NCBI GenBank assembly: GCA_963840455.1 | Contig: CAWIYV010000013.1 | Span: 32,001-96,000 of the forward strand | Direction of reading: 5' to 3' | Source of the DNA: Nitrospirota bacterium | GTDB lineage: Bacteria; Nitrospirota; UBA9217 | DNA: 64,000 nucleotides | Shown: one piece after another, positions 29,750 through 40,645 of the stretch | How the letters are laid out: every line of letters begins with the position of its first letter | Position numbering within the stretch: position 1 is the first letter of the stretch | Position numbers and translations under genes: made by a program | Notes under the pieces: generated by a model | The model's input: the letters and a program-made list of their open reading frames with translations, nothing else | Told to the model about the DNA's origin: nothing | Databases searched by the model: none

Positions 29750-29835
29750 ACCGCTGAGCACGCGGAGCTCGCGGAAAAAAAAGGTTATTATTCTTATTAC
29801 CGAAAAAACTCTGCGTCCTCTGCGGTCTCAGCGGC
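29750..29835. repeat. 9-nt-periodic inverted repeat
   Basis: ACCGCTGAG CACGCGGAG CTCGCGGAA / CTCTGCGTC CTCTGCGGT CTCAGCGGC. Confidence 0.75.
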
Positions 29836-29878
29836 AACGCCGGGTTGGTAATTTTAAAGAGAGTAAAAGGATAGCATC

Positions 29879-31132
29879 ATGTCAGAGCTGCAGGATACGG
29901 ACGTCGAGGTCTACAACGCCATCAGGAGCGAGGAACAGCGCGAGCTCACCAAGATCCTTCTGATCGCGTCGGAGAACTGCGTGAGCAAGGCGGTCCTGGA
30001 GGCGCAGGGATCGGTGTTCACGAACAAGTACGCGGAAGGGTATCCCAACCGGCGCTACTACGGCGGCTGCGAGTTCGCCGACAGGGTGGAATCCCTGGCC
30101 ATCGAGCGGGCGAGGCGGCTCTTCGGCTGCGAGCACGTGAACGTCCAGCCGCACTCCGGCTCGTCAGCGAATATGGCGGTCTATTTCAGCGTGCTCCAGC
30201 CGGGCGACGCCATCCTCGGCATGGCACTGCCTCACGGCGGCCACCTGACCCACGGCGCATCCGTGAGCTTCTCGGGCCAGCTCTACAAGTCCTTTTCTTA
30301 CCCCGTGGACAAGAAGACCGAACTGCTCGACTATGACGAGGTGGAGCGGCTCGCCTTGGAGCACAAGCCCAAGATGATCGTGGCGGGCTATAGCGCCTAT
30401 TCGCGGGCCATCGACTTCGGCCGGTTCCGGAGGATCGCAGACAAGGTCGGCGCCTACCTCATGGCCGACATCGCCCATATCGCCGGCCTCGTTGCCGCGG
30501 GCGAGCACCCGAGCCCGGTGCCCCATGCCGATTTCGTGACCACGACCACGCACAAGACGCTGCGCGGTCCGCGCGGAGGCATGATCATGTGCAAGGAGAA
30601 GTTCGCGAAGGCCGTGGACAAGGTCATCTTCCCCGGCATCCAGGGAGGACCGCTGGTGCACGTCATCGCTGCCAAGGCCGTTTCTTTCAAGGAAGCGCTC
30701 ATGCCGGAGTTCAGGGACTATCAGCGCCAGGTCGTGAAGAACGCGAAGGCGCTGGCGAAGCGTTTGGCCGAGGACGGCTTCCGCATCGTCTCGGGCGGCA
30801 CGGACAACCACCTCATGCTCGTGGACCTGACACCCAAGAACATAACGGGCCGCGACGCCGAGATCGCCCTCGACGCAGCAGGGATCACGGTGAACAAGAA
30901 CAGCATCCCCTATGACCAGAAGCCGCCGGTCACCACAAGCGGCATCCGGCTCGGCACGCCCCTGGTCACCACGCGCGGCATGCGCGAACCGGAGATGAAG
31001 ATCGTCGGCGATCTCATCTGCGATGCGTTGGCGAACATCAGCGACGCCGAGAAACTGGCGGCCATCAAGCAGCGTACGAAGGAGTTCTGCGGCAAATACC
31101 CCATGTTCGCGATGGACAAGGTCAGTGCCTAA
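29879..31132 (+). CDS. glyA: serine hydroxymethyltransferase
   Basis: [30 protein letters not shown]. Confidence 0.97.
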   Translation: MSELQDTDVEVYNAIRSEEQRELTKILLIASENCVSKAVLEAQGSVFTNKYAEGYPNRRYYGGCEFADRVESLAIERARRLFGCEHVNVQPHSGSSANMAVYFSVLQPGDAILGMALPHGGHLTHGASVSFSGQLYKSFSYPVDKKTELLDYDEVERLALEHKPKMIVAGYSAYSRAIDFGRFRRIADKVGAYLMADIAHIAGLVAAGEHPSPVPHADFVTTTTHKTLRGPRGGMIMCKEKFAKAVDKVIFPGIQGGPLVHVIAAKAVSFKEALMPEFRDYQRQVVKNAKALAKRLAEDGFRIVSGGTDNHLMLVDLTPKNITGRDAEIALDAAGITVNKNSIPYDQKPPVTTSGIRLGTPLVTTRGMREPEMKIVGDLICDALANISDAEKLAAIKQRTKEFCGKYPMFAMDKVSA

Positions 31133-31589
31133 ACACGAGCGTCCCTCGTGGGACGAATACTTCATGGAGATCGCGCACCTGGTGAAGAAGCGCGCCACGT
31201 GCCTCCGCCGCCAGGTGGGCGCGGTGCTGGTGAAGGACAAGAACATCCTGGCAACGGGGTACAACGGCACGCCGTCAGGCATCGAACACTGCCTCACCCG
31301 CGGCTGCCTCCGGGAACAGCTCGGCATTCCCTCGGGCGAGCGCCACGAGATCTGCCGGGGCCTCCACGCCGAGCAGAACGCCATCATCCAGGCGGCCAAG
31401 CACGGCACGAACATCGAGGGCGCGACCCTCTACTGTACGAACCAGCCCTGCGGCATCTGCGCCAAGATGATCATCAACGCGGGCATCAAGAAGCTCATCT
31501 TCGATGACGGGTATCCCGACCAGCTCGCAGCCGAGATGATCAAGGAATCGGGGCTCGAGGTGGTGCAATACAAGAAGGCCAGTTCATAG
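31125..31589 (+). CDS. cytidine/deoxycytidylate deaminase family protein
   Basis: [23 protein letters not shown]. Confidence 0.9.
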   Translation: MPKHERPSWDEYFMEIAHLVKKRATCLRRQVGAVLVKDKNILATGYNGTPSGIEHCLTRGCLREQLGIPSGERHEICRGLHAEQNAIIQAAKHGTNIEGATLYCTNQPCGICAKMIINAGIKKLIFDDGYPDQLAAEMIKESGLEVVQYKKASS

Positions 31590-31651
31590 CTGATAGCTCA
31601 TCGTCACTGCAGTTGCTATGACCTGTGAGCCAGGAGCAAAGAGCTAAAATC

Positions 31652-32152
31652 ATGCGCTGCCCCTACTGCACCAGCATCGACAACAAAGTGGTTGACTCCC
31701 GGTTGGGGAAGGAAGGCGAAACCATCCGCCGGAGGCGAGAGTGCCTCAAGTGCGAAGGCCGCTTCACCACCTACGAGCGCGTCGAGGAGGTCCTGCCCTC
31801 GGTCATCAAGAAGGACGGCCGGCGCGAGCCTTACGACCGCATGAAGATCCTGAGCGGCCTCACGAAGGCCTGCGAAAAACGCCCCATCAGTGTCGAGGTC
31901 CTCGAGAAGTGCGTCGACAATATTGAGAAATCCATGCAGGAAAAGGGCTTCAAGGAGATCCCGAGCAAGGCCATCGGCGAAGAAGTGATGAACCAGCTCC
32001 ACAACCTCGACGAGGTCGCCTACGTGCGGTTCGCGTCGGTCTACCGTTCCTTCAAGGACATCAACGAGTTCATGAGAGAGCTCAAGGATATCCTGAACGA
32101 GAAGGAAACGCATCCGGAAAGGCAGAAGTTAGAGGACAGAAATAAGAAGTAG
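31652..32152 (+). CDS. nrdR: transcriptional repressor NrdR
   Basis: MRCPYC, RRRREC..C, RFTTYE, ATP cone, AYVRFASVY. Confidence 0.97.
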   Translation: MRCPYCTSIDNKVVDSRLGKEGETIRRRRECLKCEGRFTTYERVEEVLPSVIKKDGRREPYDRMKILSGLTKACEKRPISVEVLEKCVDNIEKSMQEKGFKEIPSKAIGEEVMNQLHNLDEVAYVRFASVYRSFKDINEFMRELKDILNEKETHPERQKLEDRNKK

Positions 32153-32168
32153 GAAGATCTCTCCCGTG

Positions 32169-32278
32169 TTGAAGCTCCCTACTGCGAGAGGCATGGAGCT
32201 TCGATCCTCAGGGAACAACGGTATTCTAATCGCTCGCTAACCCCGCAGCAAGCTGCGGGGAATGCGCTCGCTCCTGGA
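32169..32278 (-). mobile_element. non-autonomous IS200/IS605-type miniature element, copy 5
   Basis: Reverse complement of the 18080-18189 copy; minus-strand target ATGAA at 32279-32283. Confidence 0.8.
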
Positions 32279-32342
32279 TTCATCGGCTGTCGTTCGTTGC
32301 CGTACATTCCGCGTTCCGCACTCCGCACTCCGCAATCGCATC

Positions 32343-34517
32343 ATGCCTGAATTCATCGTCGACATAGCCGTCCCGGTCTCCGTCCAGAAAACCTTCCATT
32401 ATCTTGCCGCCGAAGAACTGCGAAGCTTGCTGTCCGTTGGTTCGCGCGTGCTGGTGCCCTTCGGGACCAGGCGCGTGACGGGCACGGTCGTGGGGTTCCC
32501 CGGCACCGCCGGCAGGGAAGGACTCAAGAAGGTCATTGAGGTGCTGGGCGATCCGCTGTCGCCGGACCTCATGCAGCTCGCCCGCTGGATGTCCGACTAC
32601 TATCTGCATCCCCTCGGTCTTTCGATCGAGACCATGGTGCCCCGGGCGCTCGGCGCCGCCAGGGTCAGGACCCAAAGGTTCCTCCAATTGCTCTCCGGCG
32701 ACCACGATGTGAATCTGGTCCGCGGGCCGAAACAGAGCGAGCTCCTGTTCCTGTTGTGCGATCGCCAGACGATCCCCTTTGACGAGTTGGGCAGGTACTC
32801 GTCCGCCACGATAAAGGCCCTGGTCGAGCGCGGGATGGCGGAGATCGTCGAGAAGGCGGTCGAGCAGGCCATGGAGCAACCGGCGTTCGTCCCGGACCGG
32901 GCGCCGGAGCTCATGCCGGAGCAGGCGGAGGCCGTGCGCCTGATCGGCGGAGCAGCGGCTGCTGGATCCTTCGAGGCATTCCTGCTTCACGGCGTGACGG
33001 GGAGCGGCAAGACCGAGGTGTATCTGCACTGCATCGCCTCGCTTGCCCGGACCGGCAAAGGCGCCATCGTGCTGGTCCCCGAGATCGCGCTTACGCCGCA
33101 GCTCCTGGGCCGCTTCCGGAAGCGCTTCGGCGGCCGCGTGGCCGTGCTGCACAGCGGACTGACGGACCGGGAGCGGGCCGACGAGTACCGGCGCATTGGC
33201 GCCGGCCTCGTGGACGTGGCGATTGGCGCCCGGTCCGCGGTGTTCGCGCCCTTTCCGAAGCTCGGACTCGTGGTGGTGGACGAGGAGCACGAGAACTCGT
33301 ACAAGCAGGACGACGGCCTGCGCTACCACGCCCGCGACGTGGCCGTGGTGCGGGCAAAGTTCCAGGGGGCCGTCTGCGTCCTCGGTTCTGCCACGCCTTC
33401 CCTTGAAAGCTATTACAACGCCAAGGCCGGCAAGTACCGGTATGTGCGCATCGCGAACCGCGTCGACCACCGCCCCATGCCGGGCGTTTCCATCATCGAC
33501 ATGAGGACCCAACCCAAGGCATCGGTCTATGCACCGGCACTGGTCGCCGCCGTGCAGCAGCGGCTGGAGAAAAAGGAGCAGTCGCTCCTGCTCCTGAACC
33601 GGAGGGGGTTCTCGTCGGTGCTGATCTGCGGCGACTGCGGCAAGGCCATCCAGTGCCCGAGCTGCAGCGTGTCCCTCACCTTCCACAAGAGCGAGCGCAA
33701 GCTCAAGTGCCACTACTGCGACTTTCACACAGCCCCACCGGAAAGATGCGCGGTCTGCGGCGGTGTGAACGTGAAGCCGCTCGGCACGGGCACGCAAAGA
33801 GTTGAAGAAGAAGTTGTAGCGCTCTTCCCCGGGGCGCGCATCGCCCGGATGGACAGCGACAACACCCGCGGCCGGGACGCCCATGACCGCCTCCTCGGCC
33901 GGGTGGACCGCGGAGAGGTCGATATCCTGCTTGGGACGCAGATGATCGCCAAGGGCCACGACTTCCCGGCGGTGACGCTTGTGGGCGCAGTGGACGCCGA
34001 CGTGGGCCTGAACATCCCGGACTTCCGCTCCGCCGAAAAGACCTTCCAGCTCATCACCCAGGCGGCCGGGCGGGCCGGGAGGGGAGAGGCAGCGGGCGAG
34101 GTCATTATCCAGACCATGAATCCCGGCCACTACTCCCTCCGGCACAGCATGACCCACGACTACGACGGGTTCTACGGCGAGGAGATCGCCTACCGCACCG
34201 AGCTCGGCTATCCGCCGGTCCGCAGGGTCGTCAAGATCGAGGTGAAGAGCGGCCAGGAGAAGACCGCGGCCGACGCGGCAAAGGTCGCGAAGGACCGCGT
34301 CCGGTCCCTGCTCAAGGGGAAGGAAACAACACTCCTCGGGCCGGCGCCGTCTCCCATCGCACGGGTCCGCGGAAAGTACCGCTTTCAGATGCTGCTGCTG
34401 TCGTCGAAGCGGGAGACGCTCCGGATGCTGGCAGTCGAGGCGCGGAAGGCCGTGGAGGACAAGTTCAAGAACAAGGTCCAGGTGATCGTGGACGTGGACC
34501 CGGTCAATCTGATGTGA
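32343..34517 (+). CDS. priA: primosomal protein N'
   Basis: GVTGSGKT, PEIALT, DEEH, SATPS, four CxxC, KGHDF, QAAGRAGR, DVDP. Confidence 0.96.
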   Translation: MPEFIVDIAVPVSVQKTFHYLAAEELRSLLSVGSRVLVPFGTRRVTGTVVGFPGTAGREGLKKVIEVLGDPLSPDLMQLARWMSDYYLHPLGLSIETMVPRALGAARVRTQRFLQLLSGDHDVNLVRGPKQSELLFLLCDRQTIPFDELGRYSSATIKALVERGMAEIVEKAVEQAMEQPAFVPDRAPELMPEQAEAVRLIGGAAAAGSFEAFLLHGVTGSGKTEVYLHCIASLARTGKGAIVLVPEIALTPQLLGRFRKRFGGRVAVLHSGLTDRERADEYRRIGAGLVDVAIGARSAVFAPFPKLGLVVVDEEHENSYKQDDGLRYHARDVAVVRAKFQGAVCVLGSATPSLESYYNAKAGKYRYVRIANRVDHRPMPGVSIIDMRTQPKASVYAPALVAAVQQRLEKKEQSLLLLNRRGFSSVLICGDCGKAIQCPSCSVSLTFHKSERKLKCHYCDFHTAPPERCAVCGGVNVKPLGTGTQRVEEEVVALFPGARIARMDSDNTRGRDAHDRLLGRVDRGEVDILLGTQMIAKGHDFPAVTLVGAVDADVGLNIPDFRSAEKTFQLITQAAGRAGRGEAAGEVIIQTMNPGHYSLRHSMTHDYDGFYGEEIAYRTELGYPPVRRVVKIEVKSGQEKTAADAAKVAKDRVRSLLKGKETTLLGPAPSPIARVRGKYRFQMLLLSSKRETLRMLAVEARKAVEDKFKNKVQVIVDVDPVNLM

Positions 34518-34809
34518 TGAAACTGACTATCGGTTGGTCGGCTCGCCGCGGTGCTATTTTCTTATTTTGGGCCGCCCGGTGCAACGCTGTGCTAAGCATG
34601 CAGGAATACTGATGCACGTTCCTGACAAGTGCCCATGTTCCCGGCAGCGCTTACCCTTCGGACGCGCTGCTTTCCGGTTGGTTCTTGTTCGGTGGAGGTT
34701 GGGGCATGCGTAACGCACAATCGTCGCAGCCGAGCTACCCGGGGTGGGGGTAAGGCAAGATCAAACCGCAGGGTTAGCGTTCGTTCCCGGGACGTGTGGG
34801 ATGAGTAAG

Positions 34810-35032
34810 ACCCGTGCGAAAATCAAGGCAGGCGACCGAGTCCGTGGGTGAAGCAAGTCGGACTGCCTGCACCCAGCGATCACGAGTGCAACAGCGCGAG
34901 TGTAGGCTGTCTGAGCCCGAAGGGCGAGTTTCCGAAATGTACCGAGGAAGACCGAGAATGTAGCAAAGGTGTTTTCAGCGGGTGCCCTTCTTTTGGTCAC
35001 TTTCTTGGGCACGCAAGAAAGGTGACAAAGAG
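34810..35032. repeat. palindromic intergenic repeat, module alpha (inverted, with extra internal segment)
   Basis: Reverse complement of 2148-2328 with extra sequence near 34855-34903. Confidence 0.8.
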
Positions 35033-35161
35033 CGAGCGGCAGCTGGCGTGCAGAAAAAGGAGCTCTTAAAGCTCCCGTACGCACTGCATCGGAGATGATA
35101 CAAAAGAAAAGAGCGGCATGCTTGAAGCATGGCCGCCCTTCGAGTTTGACATTGGATAGAA

Positions 35162-35602
35162 TTACGCTGCTTTGGCCTTTCCGAGCCGCGCTTCGAGCTT
35201 GATGTCGACGCTTGCGAGGGCCACGGATACCGGGCAGCCTTTCTTGGCAACCTCGGCCTTCTCGCGGAAGCGCGCCTCGTCAATGCCAGGGACGACTCCC
35301 TCAGTGTCCAGGTCGATCCCAATGATGCGGTAGCCGTCCCCGACCTTGTCAACCTTTACCCGGGCCGTCGTGGTGATTCGTTCCGGCTTGTATCCTTCCT
35401 GATCGAGCATCAGGGCCAGCGCCATGGAGAAGCAGCCCGCATGGGCCGCGCCTATGAGCTCCTCGGGATTGGTCCCCGTGCCCGTTTCGAACCGGGACGC
35501 AAACGTGTAGCTCCCGTCAAAAGCGCCTTTGCCTATCTTCATTTTCCCTTTGCCGTTTTTTAGACCGCCTTCCCATACTGCGGTCGATGTACGTATCAAC
35601 AT
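35162..35602 (-). CDS. osmC: OsmC family peroxiredoxin
   Basis: WEGGLKNGKG, TNPEELIGAAHAGCFSM, CPVS. Confidence 0.92.
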   Translation of the reverse strand: MLIRTSTAVWEGGLKNGKGKMKIGKGAFDGSYTFASRFETGTGTNPEELIGAAHAGCFSMALALMLDQEGYKPERITTTARVKVDKVGDGYRIIGIDLDTEGVVPGIDEARFREKAEVAKKGCPVSVALASVDIKLEARLGKAKAA

Positions 35603-35825
35603 GATGCACCTCCTTGGATCAATTTCTCTATGTAAATGTTAGCACCATCGAACGGTAAAAGCCATGTATCAGAAGTATCAGTATGCATTGGTCGACGTAT
35701 TGGCACGTCCCGCCCCGTCACAAGAACATCGTACACGGGCTGCGAAGCGGACCGCTTGACACCGGGACGGGTGCGATGGTAATATTGGTCAGAATTCAGG
35801 TCAACCTAAATTGGAGGTCGCTTGC

Positions 35826-36086
35826 ATGAAGACCTTGTCATTATCCGAGGCAAAGATGAAGTTGAGCAGTCTTGTCGATGCCGTTCAGGCCACGGACGAG
35901 GAAGTGCTCATCACGAGGAATGGCGCACCCGCGGCTGTACTGGTGAGCCCCGATGAGTTCGAGAGCCTCAAGGAGACCATCGCTGTGCGCTCAGACGCGG
36001 CGTTGATGCGGGAGATCAAAGAAGGGCTGAAGGATCTCAAACGAGGCAAGTCAAAGCTTTACACGCTCGAGGAACTCGTTGACTGA
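35826..36086 (+). CDS. type II antitoxin, Phd/YefM family
   Basis: SEAKMKLS, ITRNG.PAAVLVS, ESLKET; TTGACA/TAATAT promoter at ~35757-35785. Confidence 0.9.
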   Translation: MKTLSLSEAKMKLSSLVDAVQATDEEVLITRNGAPAAVLVSPDEFESLKETIAVRSDAALMREIKEGLKDLKRGKSKLYTLEELVD

Positions 36087-36092
36087 AATGAT

Positions 36093-36392
36093 ATGACGCG
36101 GCAAACCAACAGAATTCGCGTTGCCGGCCATGCTGCCGAGGTTCTCCGCAACCTCCATCCGAACATTAAAAAGAAGCTCAAGGCGGCGTTCCATGCGATC
36201 ATTGCCGATCCCTATGCAGGAAAAGCGCTCGGTGAGGAACTGTCTGGGCTGAGAAGCTACCGCGTGAGCCGGTTCAGGGTTGTCTATCGTCTCGTGAAAG
36301 ACAAACAGGTTGAGATCATCGCCGTCGGCCCCCGGGAGCGGATCTACGAGGAAACGTACCGCCTGGTGCAGAAAGAAGAGAAAGAACGCTGA
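36093..36392 (+). CDS. type II toxin, RelE/ParE family
   Basis: DPYAGKAL..LSG.RSYRV..FRVVY, VGPRE.IY; follows antitoxin. Confidence 0.88.
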   Translation: MTRQTNRIRVAGHAAEVLRNLHPNIKKKLKAAFHAIIADPYAGKALGEELSGLRSYRVSRFRVVYRLVKDKQVEIIAVGPRERIYEETYRLVQKEEKER

Positions 36393-36424
36393 TCATGGGT
36401 TGCGCCAGGACCGCGTGAACGAGT

Positions 36425-36892
36425 ATGACTGAGAAGAAAGAAGATACCACCGTCGCGACGAACCGCAAGGCCTACCACGATTACTTCATCGAGGAGACCA
36501 TCGAGGCGGGCATGGCGCTCCAGGGCACGGAGGTGAAGTCCCTGCGCATGGGCCTGGCCAACCTCTCGGACAGCTACGCCCTCATCCGGAAGGACGAGGT
36601 CTACCTCTTCAACGCCAACATCAGCCCCTATCCCCACGGCAACATCATGAACCACGAGCCGCTCAGGACGCGAAAGCTCCTGCTCCACCGTGCGGAGATC
36701 CGGAAGGTCATCGGCAAGATGCTCCAGAAGGGCTACACTCTCATCCCGCTCAAGATCTACTTCGTCCGGGGCAAGGCCAAGGTGCTGATCGGGCTCGCCA
36801 AGGGCAAGAAGGCCTTCGACAAGCGCGACACCATCAAGGAGAAGGAATCGAAGCGCGAGATGGAGCGCACGGTAAAAGAACGCAGCCGGTAG
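36425..36892 (+). CDS. smpB: SsrA-binding protein
   Basis: NRKAYHDY, GTEVKSLR, RKLLLH, GKKAFDKR. Confidence 0.97.
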   Translation: MTEKKEDTTVATNRKAYHDYFIEETIEAGMALQGTEVKSLRMGLANLSDSYALIRKDEVYLFNANISPYPHGNIMNHEPLRTRKLLLHRAEIRKVIGKMLQKGYTLIPLKIYFVRGKAKVLIGLAKGKKAFDKRDTIKEKESKREMERTVKERSR

Positions 36893-37029
36893 GCCCCCTA
36901 CCCGCTATTTTTTCTGCTAAACTTACGTACAGGAAGTCTTGCACTACCCTCTCGTTCGGCAATCAACAATGGTGGACAGGGACAACGTTCTGTTCGAAGG
37001 CGGCAATTTCATCTCTTAAGGAGGAAGCT

Positions 37030-37836
37030 ATGAAACACCTACTGTTCGGTTTGACCATGATCGCAATGGTCATGGTGGTGGTCGGGCCGGCAGCGGCGGC
37101 CCCCAAGATCGAGGGAAAGCCCGTGGAGTACACGGCGGGCGGCGTGACCTTGAAGGGCTACCTTGCCTACGATGAGAACGTGAAGGACAAGCGGCCCGGC
37201 GTGCTGGTCGTACATGAGTGGTGGGGACAGAACGAGTACGTGCGCAAGCGGGCACGCATGCTAGCCGAGCTGGGCTACACGGCCCTGGCGCTCGATATGT
37301 ACGGCGAGGGGAAGATGGCGGGGCATCCCGATGAGGCAGGCAAGTTCGCTTCCGAGGTGATGAAGAATTTCCCGGTGGCCAAGGACCGCTTCCTCGCGGC
37401 ACTGGAGTTCTTGAAGAAGCAGCCAACGGTTGACCCCGACCGGATCGCGGCCATAGGCTACTGCTTTGGCGGTGGTGTGGTGCTGAACATGGCCCGTCAG
37501 GGCGTTGACCTGAAGGGCGTGGCAAGCTTCCATGGCAGCCTGGCGGTGATCAAGCCCGAGCAGCCGACACAGATCAAGGCCGCGGTCCGGGTGTACAACG
37601 GCGCGGACGATAAGTTCTCCACTCCCGAGCAGATCGACGCGCTCAAGAAGGAGATGGCCGACCAGAAGGTAAACTTCAAGTTCGTGAACTATCCCGGCGC
37701 AGTCCACAGCTTCACGAACCCTGAGTCCACCGAGATCGGCAAGAAGTTCAAGATGCCGGTGGCCTACAACAAGGCGGCGGACAAGGCCTCGTGGGACGAC
37801 ATGAAGGGGTTCCTCGCGGAGATCTTCAAGAAGTAG
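37030..37836 (+). CDS. dienelactone hydrolase family protein (secreted)
   Basis: HEWWG, GYCFGG, SFHG, AVHSF; signal peptide. Confidence 0.92.
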   Translation: MKHLLFGLTMIAMVMVVVGPAAAAPKIEGKPVEYTAGGVTLKGYLAYDENVKDKRPGVLVVHEWWGQNEYVRKRARMLAELGYTALALDMYGEGKMAGHPDEAGKFASEVMKNFPVAKDRFLAALEFLKKQPTVDPDRIAAIGYCFGGGVVLNMARQGVDLKGVASFHGSLAVIKPEQPTQIKAAVRVYNGADDKFSTPEQIDALKKEMADQKVNFKFVNYPGAVHSFTNPESTEIGKKFKMPVAYNKAADKASWDDMKGFLAEIFKK

Positions 37837-38053
37837 CGTTTGCCGCATCATGACGCGGGCGCAGGGCGATGTGCTGCTCCTGCGCCCGTGCTGTTTCTGG
37901 CGAACCATCACCCAAAGATGAGAAGTCCCCGGTGAACAGATCGAGCTATGGTATAGTTGTTCATCAGCAGAGCTCTTCACGAAGAACAGATGGGGAGAAC
38001 GAGAGCGAGGGTCTTATGACATCGTGCGAGGCAGCGCAAACCAGGAACACTCC

Positions 38054-40516
38054 ATGATCCCGCGTCCAAAACCATCAGCCGGCCCGATACCCGATGTCGC
38101 AGCCGCATCAGTCCCGGAAACGCTTTCGGCGCTCCAGGTGAACCCCGAGACCGGGCTTGCGCGCGCCGACGTGGACGCGCGCCGGAAGGAACACGGCTAC
38201 AACGAAGTGGTCGAACAGAAGGGACATCCGGCCGTTCAATTCCTCGGCAAGTTCTGGGGAGTGTCGGCGTGGATGCTCGAGCTGATCATGATCCTGTCGG
38301 CCGTCCTGCGGAAATACTCGGACCTCGCCGTGGTGACCGCGCTGCTGGTCGTGAATGCCGTGCTGAGCTTTCTGCAGGAGCACCGCGCCGCCGGCGTCGT
38401 CGAGGCGCTCCGGCGGCGCCTGCAGGTCAGTGCCCGGGTGCTGCGTGATTCGAGCTGGCAGGTCATTCCCTCGCGGGAACTGGTCCCCGGCGACATTGTG
38501 CGCGTGCGCGCAGGCGATATCGTTCCGGCGGACATCAAGCTCCTGATCGGCGCGTTGAGCGTCGACCAATCGGCCCTCACCGGTGAATCCGCTGAAGTTG
38601 ACAGGAAAGCAGCCGACGTGCTTTCGTCGGGGTCGATCGTCCGCCGGGGGGAAGGCAACGGCGTGGTCATGCTGACGGGGGCGCAGACCTTCTTCGGCCG
38701 CACGACGGAACTGGTGCAGCAGGCGCGTCCAAAGCTGCACATCGAGGCAGTGGTCGCCAAGGTCGTGCGCTGGCTCTTCGGTATCGTCGGGACGCTGCTC
38801 GGCATGGTCATGGCGCTGTCGCTGGTCCGCGGCACGCCGTTCCTTGAGATGGCACCGCTCCTTCTCGTCCTGCTGATGAGCGCGGTGCCGGTCGCGCTCC
38901 CTGTCATGTTCACGGTCAGCATGGCCGTCGGGGCCAGGGAACTGGCGAAGCGCGGTGTGCTCGTCACGCGCCTCAGCGCCGCAGAGGATGCAGCGACGAT
39001 GGACGTCCTGTGCGTGGACAAGACAGGCACGATCACGATGAACCGGCTGTCCGTGACCAGCGTGATCCCGCTGGAGCACGCGACGGAGGCCGACGTGCTG
39101 TTCGCAGGGGCACTTGCGTCGCAGGAGGCCAATCAGGACCCGATAGACCTGGCGTTCCTCTCCGCCGCGAGGGACCGGCACGTCTTCGACGGCGCGCCTG
39201 CGGCCACCCCGGTCTCATTCGTGCCATTTGACGCGAAGAACCGGCGGACGGAAGCCGTGATCGAGCAGGGCGGGCAGCGGCTGCGGGTGATGAAAGGCGC
39301 CGTGCGCACCGTCGCCGCGGCCTGCGGACTCCAGGCCCCTGCCATCGAGGCGCTGGAAGCCCGGGTCAGCGAGTCGGCGCTGAAGGGATACCGGACGCTG
39401 GCAGTGGCGCGCGGCCCCGAGCAAGGCACGCCCGGACTCGTCGGACTGGTGACCTTGAACGATCCGCCCCGGCCGGACGCCGGGAAGCTTATCGCCGCGC
39501 TTCGCGACCTCGGCGTCTCCGTCAAGATGCTCACCGGTGATGCGCTGGCGGTCGCGGGAGAGATCGCGCAGGGCATCGGGCTGCGAACGATCAGGCGCGT
39601 GGCGGACCTGAAGGCCGCGGGTGCCGAGGCCGGCAACGAGGCGGGCGATCTGCTGGCGGGGGTGGATGGTTTCGCGGAAGTATACCCGGAGGACAAGTAT
39701 ATTGTGGTGCAGCACCTGCAAGCCGCGGGGCACGTGGCCGGCATGACGGGCGACGGCGTCAACGATGCGCCCGCCCTGCGCCAGGCCGAGGTCGGCATAG
39801 CCGTCAGCAGCGCGACCGATGTTGCCAAGGGCGCTGCCAGCGTTGTCCTGACCGAGCCGGGGCTGACGAACATTGTGACGCTGGTCGAGCAGGGGCGGAC
39901 CATCTACCAGCGGGTGCTGACGTGGATCGTCAACAAGATCAGCCGTACCATCCTGAAGGCGGCCTTTGTGGCCATCGCGTTCGTGGCGACCGGCAAGTTC
40001 GTCGTTTCCGCTTTTGCCATGCTGCTGCTGGTCTTTATGACGGACTTCGCGAAGATCTCCCTCGCCACCGACACCGTGCATCCCTCCCGAAAGCCGGAGA
40101 CGTGGAACATCGGCGGCTTCATCGCGGTTGCCGTGGTGCTGGGCGCGGCAATGGTGGCGGAGACGCTTCTGGCCTTATCCATCGGCTGGTCAAGCTTCGG
40201 TCTGGCGACCAACGACAAGGCCCTGTACACCTTCAGCTTCCTGGTGCTCCTTTACTTCGCGGCCTTCTCCATCCTGTCCGTACGAGAGCGGCGATGGTTT
40301 TGGACGACCATACCGAGCAGGACCCTCGCGGCTTCCGTTACAGCGGAGTTTGTCGTGGGCACGTCCCTGACGCTCGTCGGCCTCCCGAGCCTCGAGCCGC
40401 TGCCCTGGTGGCAGATGCTCGCACTATTCGCCTATGCGATGTTCTCGTGCCTCGTCGTGAACGACGCCGTGAAGGTCGCGATGATCAAGTGGCTCGTTCC
40501 TGGTGCGGTCAGATAG
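38054..40516 (+). CDS. plasma-membrane-type proton-efflux P-type ATPase (P3A)
   Basis: DQSALTGES, PVALP, CVDKTGT, QDPID, KGA, DPPRPD, TGDGVND. Confidence 0.85.
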   Translation: MIPRPKPSAGPIPDVAAASVPETLSALQVNPETGLARADVDARRKEHGYNEVVEQKGHPAVQFLGKFWGVSAWMLELIMILSAVLRKYSDLAVVTALLVVNAVLSFLQEHRAAGVVEALRRRLQVSARVLRDSSWQVIPSRELVPGDIVRVRAGDIVPADIKLLIGALSVDQSALTGESAEVDRKAADVLSSGSIVRRGEGNGVVMLTGAQTFFGRTTELVQQARPKLHIEAVVAKVVRWLFGIVGTLLGMVMALSLVRGTPFLEMAPLLLVLLMSAVPVALPVMFTVSMAVGARELAKRGVLVTRLSAAEDAATMDVLCVDKTGTITMNRLSVTSVIPLEHATEADVLFAGALASQEANQDPIDLAFLSAARDRHVFDGAPAATPVSFVPFDAKNRRTEAVIEQGGQRLRVMKGAVRTVAAACGLQAPAIEALEARVSESALKGYRTLAVARGPEQGTPGLVGLVTLNDPPRPDAGKLIAALRDLGVSVKMLTGDALAVAGEIAQGIGLRTIRRVADLKAAGAEAGNEAGDLLAGVDGFAEVYPEDKYIVVQHLQAAGHVAGMTGDGVNDAPALRQAEVGIAVSSATDVAKGAASVVLTEPGLTNIVTLVEQGRTIYQRVLTWIVNKISRTILKAAFVAIAFVATGKFVVSAFAMLLLVFMTDFAKISLATDTVHPSRKPETWNIGGFIAVAVVLGAAMVAETLLALSIGWSSFGLATNDKALYTFSFLVLLYFAAFSILSVRERRWFWTTIPSRTLAASVTAEFVVGTSLTLVGLPSLEPLPWWQMLALFAYAMFSCLVVNDAVKVAMIKWLVPGAVR

Positions 40517-40645
40517 AACGCGGGTCGAGGGTGCAGGGGGTGGACAGCGTGGCAGCATGCCGCCTGACCACGGGCATGACGGCAGACGCGCAAGATCACC
40601 GCTCCTCAAGGGAAGCCTTCTGTCCATGAAAGGAAACATCTCCCC

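Noticed and set aside
34520-34800. tmRNA, 6S, RNase P or SRP RNA near priA/smpB
   Set aside because: GC-rich hairpins are present but no diagnostic termini or motifs were found
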